This document shows, piece after piece, positions 63,087 through 64,000 of a stretch of DNA of 64,000 nucleotides. Below the pieces are notes generated by a model. That model did no database searches and was not told the origin of the DNA. It saw nothing but the letters and a program-made list of their open reading frames with translations. The position numbers were made by a program, and so were the translations under genes. The stretch lies in sequence record MT708547.1; one strand, 5' to 3'. Position 1 is the stretch's first letter. The number at the start of each line of letters is the position of its first letter.

Positions 63087-63535
63087 TGTTAACTTTAAAA
63101 AATCTAAAGTACTTAATTATGATTAGTATTATCCTATTCATCTCCAATGTACCTATGGATATTTTTAAATTTGGTGACACACGATTGGGTGCATTCATTG
63201 GTGTATACAGTTTAATATTCTGCATCATAACATTTGTGGTTGCGTTTGTTATGTTCATTGAAGATATGTATGATGATAAAGACTTTTATTTCGAATTTCT
63301 CGGAAAAGATAGTTATTCATTTATCTGGACATTCTCTATTTTACCAGCATTAATTTATGCATTCTTTATCGCAGAGGGTGGTATCGCCTATGGAGTTATG
63401 GGTATCTTCTTATTTCTTTTCTGGGAAAGAATCAGAACTATTCAAAACCGATATGCTCAAGAATATCGTGATGAAGAACTAAAAAATGAAGCAATGCGTA
63501 AGAATTATCCACCAGAAGAGGTAGAAATTAAATGA
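63071..63535 (+). CDS. Four-TM membrane protein (paralog 1)
   Basis: Hydrophobic; layout similar to the next ORF. Confidence 0.6.
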   Translation: MGIEIMLTLKNLKYLIMISIILFISNVPMDIFKFGDTRLGAFIGVYSLIFCIITFVVAFVMFIEDMYDDKDFYFEFLGKDSYSFIWTFSILPALIYAFFIAEGGIAYGVMGIFLFLFWERIRTIQNRYAQEYRDEELKNEAMRKNYPPEEVEIK

Positions 63536-63960
63536 GTACTTATTTGAAAATAACACTATTTGCTTTTATTGTATTTCTTATTCAGTTATATGGTATTCTT
63601 GTACATAACTACAATTTACCTTCATTTCTGAATGAATCTTGGTATATTGGTTCTTTTTGGGTTACTGGAGCATTGGGTGTACTTGGGGTAATTCTGTCAA
63701 TTGCAATAATCATTATTACAGCCGACGATGCAGACAAAGAAACTACTATTAAAATGTTCGGATTTGATGAACTTAGTCCGTGGATTTATAGTAGACCATT
63801 CCTTTTATTGGCTATCGTATTTGTACAACTAGGTTCTCTATGGGTTGCTGCTTTCTGTTTTAGTGTGTGGTCTTACCAAACTCTTCAGATTAGTGAACAC
63901 CGTGACTATTTGATTGAAAAGCTAACAAAAGAGGCAGAAAAAGGCACCAAAAATCATTAA
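63532..63960 (+). CDS. Four-TM membrane protein (paralog 2)
   Basis: Hydrophobic; ATGA overlap. Confidence 0.6.
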   Translation: MSTYLKITLFAFIVFLIQLYGILVHNYNLPSFLNESWYIGSFWVTGALGVLGVILSIAIIIITADDADKETTIKMFGFDELSPWIYSRPFLLLAIVFVQLGSLWVAAFCFSVWSYQTLQISEHRDYLIEKLTKEAEKGTKNH

Positions 63961-64000
63961 TCATTGACAAATGTTCTTCACATGAGGTAATATCATTACC

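Overview
This is a 64-kb piece of an AT-rich (roughly 30% GC by eye) jumbo tailed-phage genome, and almost all genes lie on the + strand. The host is probably a gammaproteobacterium, inferred from enterobacterial-like nrdA/nrdB and tRNA-Ile2 and from sigma70-type TTGA(C/A)-N16-18-TATAAT promoters. Positions 1-33.7 kb hold core replication, nucleotide and host-takeover genes: a PD-(D/E)XK exonuclease, nrdA, nrdB, a MazG-like pyrophosphatase, two minus-strand T4-holin-like genes, DHFR, a Mom-like protein, a Dda-like helicase, IF-3, a KTSC protein, type II topoisomerase subunits separated by a free-standing endonuclease gene, a DnaE fragment, GroES, a clamp loader, TelA-like proteins and an exonuclease. 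Positions 33.7-64 kb are an accessory region of small ORFs (NADAR, PTH2, C5 methyltransferase) that includes about 15 proteins sharing a C-terminal F[QM]xS[TL] module. Positions 50.4-56.6 kb form an RNA island with seven recognisable tRNA genes, two HNH endonucleases and more than a dozen structured non-coding elements. The best leads are: (1) an ORF-less group I intron in the anticodon loop of tRNA-Ile2(CAU), near a free-standing HNH; (2) repeated ncRNA motifs with compensatory base changes that I cannot assign to a family (three 50-nt copies and two 100-130-nt copies); (3) the shared-C-terminus paralog family; (4) strong over-representation of the palindrome AGTACT. All calls come from motif recognition and hand-folding. 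No database searches or folding programs were run.
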